DNA of 64,000 bases from Octopus vulgaris (taxonomy: Eukaryota), in contig OX597820.1 of NCBI GenBank assembly GCA_951406725.2, positions 32,178,001 to 32,242,000 of the forward strand. Reading direction: 5' to 3'. The position numbers and the translations under genes are program-made. Within the stretch, counting starts at the first letter, position 1; each line of letters starts with the position of its first letter. The notes under the pieces are model-generated. The model was not told the DNA's origin. It saw only the letters and a list, made by a program, of their open reading frames with translations, and ran no database searches. Below, in pieces: positions 58,856-64,000 of this stretch.

Positions 58856-59548
58856 TCTATCTAGTAAGAATTCAAATAAAGTAGCCCCGAAAAGGGCTTT
58901 AATGCGTTCCCAGAGTATATAGAACATAGAAGGAAATAATAATAAGGTATGTATACTAAAATCGTGAAGCATGTTACGTAATAACAGGCTAATCAGATAT
59001 GAGATTATAATAATTCAAAGTAAATAACTCTGAAAAGGGCTTTTGTGCCTTCCGAGCGAATATTACCCTCAAGGACGCTAGTGTTAGTATATTCGTGAAT
59101 AAATCACTAACCGAAATAAGTGGATTTGTTGTTTAGGCAAATACGATTTACTTGTTTAAGGTTTGTACAGGATAAATTGCAAAAATAACTCTAACAGTTC
59201 AAATACTAAGAAATAAGCATACTCAATTTGATTTATACCAAATAATTTAGGAAAATGAATGGGTTGTTTCCCTTGGCTATATATAAGACTCCCTTCCAGG
59301 GGTGAATGGATTATTTTCCTTGGCTGTTAAAAGAAAATATATTAGATATATATGAGGATCTCTTTCAATGTCCGTATTATCGATTTTTTCAACAATCTGA
59401 ATTGGCCATGAAGTTTGCAGACATGAGTTTTACTTACGTATCAAGTTTCATCAAAATCGATAAAACGATGTACAAGGAGTTAGCTAGCAACTCCACAAAC
59501 ACAAACACAGATAGAATTTCCCACATATGTAGTATATATATATATATA
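58856..59548. mobile_element. Possible non-autonomous Helitron-like element with an internal repeat of about 150-bp period
   Basis: aattcaaa..gaaaagggcttt repeated at about 58870 and 59013; terminal aagtttcatcaaaatcg..acaaacacaaacacaga..tatatata pattern. Confidence 0.3.
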
Positions 59549-59773
59549 TGGCGTCATTTGAAGGCTAAAACAATGCGAAGCGCATTGTGACCAGCGATGT
59601 GTAGCAACATCTGATAGCCTGGCCGGTCACGGTGATCACGGTGATATATCATATATCATATATACACATACATATATATACATACATGCACATAGAATAA
59701 ACGTGTGTATGTACGTATGCATGTGAGTATACACATATATATTTAATAAAATGATAATACATATATACATATG

Positions 59774-59883
<110 letters not shown>

Positions 59884-61023
59884 CTTGGGATCTAGTTTTT
59901 TCAGTTACAAGATATGCATTTTTTAAAAGACAGTAAAAAAAACCCTGAAAATCGACTATATTAACGTAGCCTTCCAGTCTCATTCCTTTGAAGGTATGAT
60001 GCTGTGGAGAAAAAAATTTGAGAAAACAATTATAGAGGTTTAAAAATTGGGAAAGCTGTATATTCTTAACTAATGGCGAGACAGAAACTTTCTGCGTTTA
60101 GCGGAGCGGTGTCAACTCTAAGATTGTACCCTGTGAAATTTAGAGTTTAGCATCTCACCTGTTCATTGTAGGTTTCTAACTAAACAGAAATACCTAATAA
60201 AATCAACATGTATCATCTTACTCTTTCCTTTGTCTCTTCATTGATTGTATGGTTTTATTATTTTTTTAAATTTGTAATATTAATATATTTGTCTGCATGC
60301 GTTTATTTTATGTGTATTTCAGTATCATGTATAACTGTCATGTATTTGTGTACATCATTAATATAGAAGTGCATATGTGTGTGCGTGTGTGTGAAAAGGG
60401 GGACGTCTGTCTCAAAATCTTCAAAGTTGAGTGAAGTTTTCATGCTTGCATTTGTAAACTACGATAAGAATAAAACTGGTCAGACAAGAATTTTTCCGAA
60501 GAAAAAGAATACCTGCATCTTATATGTTTTTGCGAAATGTTCTTAATTAACTACGCACCTTTTATTATTAATGATGAATTACTGAATATATTTACACTAA
60601 TTAATGTTGGGAGAAATCACCTTAACTTGCAATAAAAATACTTTTAAAAAAATGAAGGTAATAAGAAATGTTTTAAGAACCCAAATGTTGAAAAAGTCAA
60701 TATTATGTTTGGAAACAGACATTTGTTTCCAAACTTAATTTCTCGGTGGGTGGGAAAAATTGTTTTGGATCGAAGAAGGAAAAAGTGGAGAGGTCACACT
60801 TGGGTTTGTTTGATTTTCACACACGCACGATAAAGTAAACTATATTTTAATAACTTATAAATATTTTCTACCATGAACAATATATATATATCTATATATA
60901 TACACTTTGGACGTTGGCTTTTGTGGAAGTTTTCTTCCTTAGAAGCTTCATTGGAACAATTAAGGTTAAAGAATTTATAAGAAACAGAGGAATCGCAATG
61001 GAGTGTAGTGATACTTTCCCAAT

Positions 61024-61265
61024 CCCAAGGTGCCACGCAGTGGGATTGAACCCGGAACCATGTGGTTGGTAAACAGAAGTTTCCTTCCGAGTGCAGGCAA
61101 AGTTGTTCCCGAAATGCCAACAGTCATCCATGCATGCCAGCCTCTCCTCTCCATGCCACCGATTTTATCTAAGGGAAAGGCAAAGGCCGATACAGTTTGG
61201 CACCAGTGACATCGCAACTCATTTCTACAGCTGAGTGAACTGGACCAACATGGAAAAAAGTGTTT
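61024..61265 (-). mobile_element. SINE family A head fragment (61024-61073) fused to a family C body (61076-61265)
   Basis: Similarity to other copies in the window. Confidence 0.8.
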
Positions 61266-61517
61266 TGCGGAGAAATGAGTTACTTGATCACATCGAAGCC
61301 AGTATTTCACACTTAATTTTCTTCACTTTTGGAAGAATGAAATGTAAAGCTAACCTTGACGGGATTTGAGCTCTGAACGTAAAGGGGCGGAACAATAACG
61401 ACAAGACATTTTGTTCGACGCTCTGTCTGATGAGTTAGATAGTTACATCAGTTGATCTAAAAAGTAGAATAATCACCGTTGAAAACGACAGGGATCCCGT
61501 GTGAGTGTGTGTGTGCT

Positions 61518-61551
<34 letters not shown>

Positions 61552-61835
61552 TGTATGTGTTGGCGTATGTGAGTAAACGACAGGGATCCTGTGTGCGAGT
61601 GTGTGTGCTTGTGTGTGTGTATGTGTATGTGTGTTTGCATGTGTGTGTGCTTGTGTGTGTGTGTGCTGTGTGTGTCTGTGTGTGCTTATGTGTGTGCGTG
61701 TTTGTGTATGTGTGTATGTGTGTTTGTGTATATATGTGTGTGTATGTGTGTATGTAAATGACTACTTTTGTGTAAATATGTATGACGTGCATATTTGTTT
61801 TGTCACTAAGTGTACCTGTGTGTATGAATATATGT

Positions 61836-61867
<32 letters not shown>

Positions 61868-62316
61868 GTGTACGAGCATGTGTATACGTGTCTGAATGCT
61901 ATGCATATATAGGTGCGTGCGTGTGCGTGTGTTTGTTTATAGTCAATTTCTTTCCCTCCGCCCTTTTCACAGGACCCTAACTGTTGTTGAAAGATCTAAA
62001 AGTAAACATTGCGTGTGATTTCAACACTATCATGAATAGCTACTTAAACAATCACATCATCATCATCATCATCATCATCATCGATATCATTATCGTCGTC
62101 ATCGTCATCGCCATCCTCATCATCATCGTCATCATCATCATCATCATCATCATCCCTATTGTTATCCTCATCACCCTCATCATCATCATCGTCGTCGTCG
62201 TCGTCGTCATCGTCATCCCGATCATCATCGTCATCATCCTCATGAACATCATCATCATCGCCGTCGTCGTCGTCATCGTCATCGTCAACATGATCATCAT
62301 CGTGGTCATTGTGTTG

Positions 62317-62347
<31 letters not shown>

Positions 62348-62509
62348 TAACAACACAATTATCAATACTATTCTCCTCCTCCTGCTCCCCGCCTCTCCCT
62401 CCTCCTCCTTCTCCTCACGTCTTGCTCCATCCTCCCCCCTACATCGTCGTCGTTGTTATCTTCCTCGTCATTATCGTAGTTGTCGTTGTCTTCGTCGTCA
62501 TATACAACA

Positions 62510-63105
62510 ATAACGATTTCAAATTGTGAAACAAGGCCAGCAATTCCAGGAAAGGAGATAAGTCGATAACATCGACCTTAGTGTCTCACTGGTATTTATT
62601 TTGTTGACCTCGCAAGAACGAAAGGCAAAGTCGACCTCGACGTAATTTGAACTCAAAGCATTTTGCCCGGGTGCTAACGATTCAGTCAGCTCGCCGCCTT
62701 AACAACAACAACAACAGCAATAATAATTTTGGTTTCAAATTTTGCCACGAGGACAGCAATCTTGGGGACCCAGATGTTCAAACTGGTACTTATTTTTATC
62801 GACCCAGGAAAGATGAAAGAGAAAGTCGACCTCGGCGGAATTAGAACTCTAAGTATTTTGCCCGGGTGCTAACGATTCAGTCAGCTCGCCGCCTTAACAA
62901 TAGCAAAAGTAATAATAATGGTTTCAAATTTTGCTACGAGCGCAGCATTTTGGGGATCCCAGTGTTTTTAACTGGTACTTATTCTTATCGACCCAGAATA
63001 GATGAAAGGTAAAGTCGACTTCGGCGGAATTTGAACTCAGAACGGAGTGACTGGCGAAATACCGCTAAGCATTGCGTCCAGCAAGCTAACGATTCTGCCA
63101 GCTCT
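62510..63105 (-). mobile_element. Tandem array of three old family B-related SINE units (period about 190-200 bp)
   Basis: Units end cagctcgccgcctt at about 62700 and 62895; two share the same internal deletion. Confidence 0.85.
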
Positions 63106-63303
63106 CATAAATCATCTGCATCATCATCACCTTTATTGCCACCATCAGCACTATCGTACCACCCCATCACCATCATCGTTTACTATTGATGCTGAATCTC
63201 CTATCAAATCTCCAAATCTCTCAACATCACTACCGCCGCCGCCAACGCCACACCACCGCCGCCGCCGCCCCTACCACCACTTCTAAGATTACAACAACAA
63301 CAG

Positions 63304-63367
<64 letters not shown>

Positions 63368-63594
63368 ACGCAATGTTTAGTAATATGAATACCTTTTCAT
63401 GACATCACCCCCAATATTTTGTTATTTATATATAAAAAAAAAATTAGGTAAGTAGAGTAACAGTAGGGCCTTGCCAAGATTGTCCTTCTGTCTCGAAATC
63501 TAAGCCCCAAATATAATTCTAACAGGGGTTTCTTCTTATACATCATAGACTAATAATGGCGGAGATGAGAAACCTGTGACGCTGCTTGCTCTCA

Positions 63595-63960
63595 TTTACT
63601 CTCTTTTACTTGTTTCAGTCATTTGACTGCGGCCATGCTGGAGCACCACCTTTAGTCGAGCAAATCGACCCCAGGACTTATTCTTTGTAAGCCTAGTACT
63701 TATTCTTTCGGTTCCATTTGCCGAACCGCTAAGTTACGGGGACGTAAACACATCAGCATCGGTTGTCAAGCGATGTTGTGGGGACAAACACATACACATA
63801 TATACAACGGGCTTCTTTCAGTTTCCGTCTACCAAATCCATTCACAAGGCTTGGTCGGCCCGAGGCTATAGTAGAAGACACTTGCCCAAGGTGCCACGCA
63901 GTGAGACTGAACCCGGAACCATGTGGTTGGTAAGCAAGCTACTTACCACACAGCCACTCC
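63595..63960 (-). mobile_element. SINE family A, near full length
   Basis: Reverse complement of the reference copy. Confidence 0.93.
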
Positions 63961-64000
63961 AACCTGTCAAACCTCTTTCAACTCCCATCAGAACCATATT

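Noticed and set aside
60159-60179. 21-nt micro-exon candidate LETYNEQ (kinesin LEIYNE-like) with good splice sites
   Set aside because: Too short to distinguish from chance, and no other kinesin exons were seen.

Overview
AT-rich eukaryotic DNA dominated by microsatellites and transposon relics. The SINE set and repeat style strongly suggest an octopus (coleoid cephalopod) genome, which is inferred from pattern recognition and not from a database search. Almost all supplied ORFs are artefacts of (TA)n, (CA)n, (TACA)n, (TATC)n and mixed trinucleotide arrays. Supported content: (1) dozens of tRNA-derived SINEs of at least four families, some as tandem multimers with target-site duplications; (2) a decayed Penelope-like element (RT + GIY-YIG) at about 23.7-25.5 kb; (3) fragments of R4/Dong, RTE, Tc1 and probably piggyBac and Helitron elements; (4) two phase-compatible minus-strand exons (6505-6397, 5445-5263) of an unidentified protein gene; (5) several minimal type I hammerhead-ribozyme motifs of the Penelope-associated kind, one intact (47607-47652) and one with a repeated non-canonical core (47211-47248); (6) a roughly 655-bp apparently perfect inverted duplication (40071-40725 / 42734-43388) around a 2-kb spacer. 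I found no CRISPR array, rRNA or bona fide tRNA gene, and no clear evidence for a wholly new multi-gene system.
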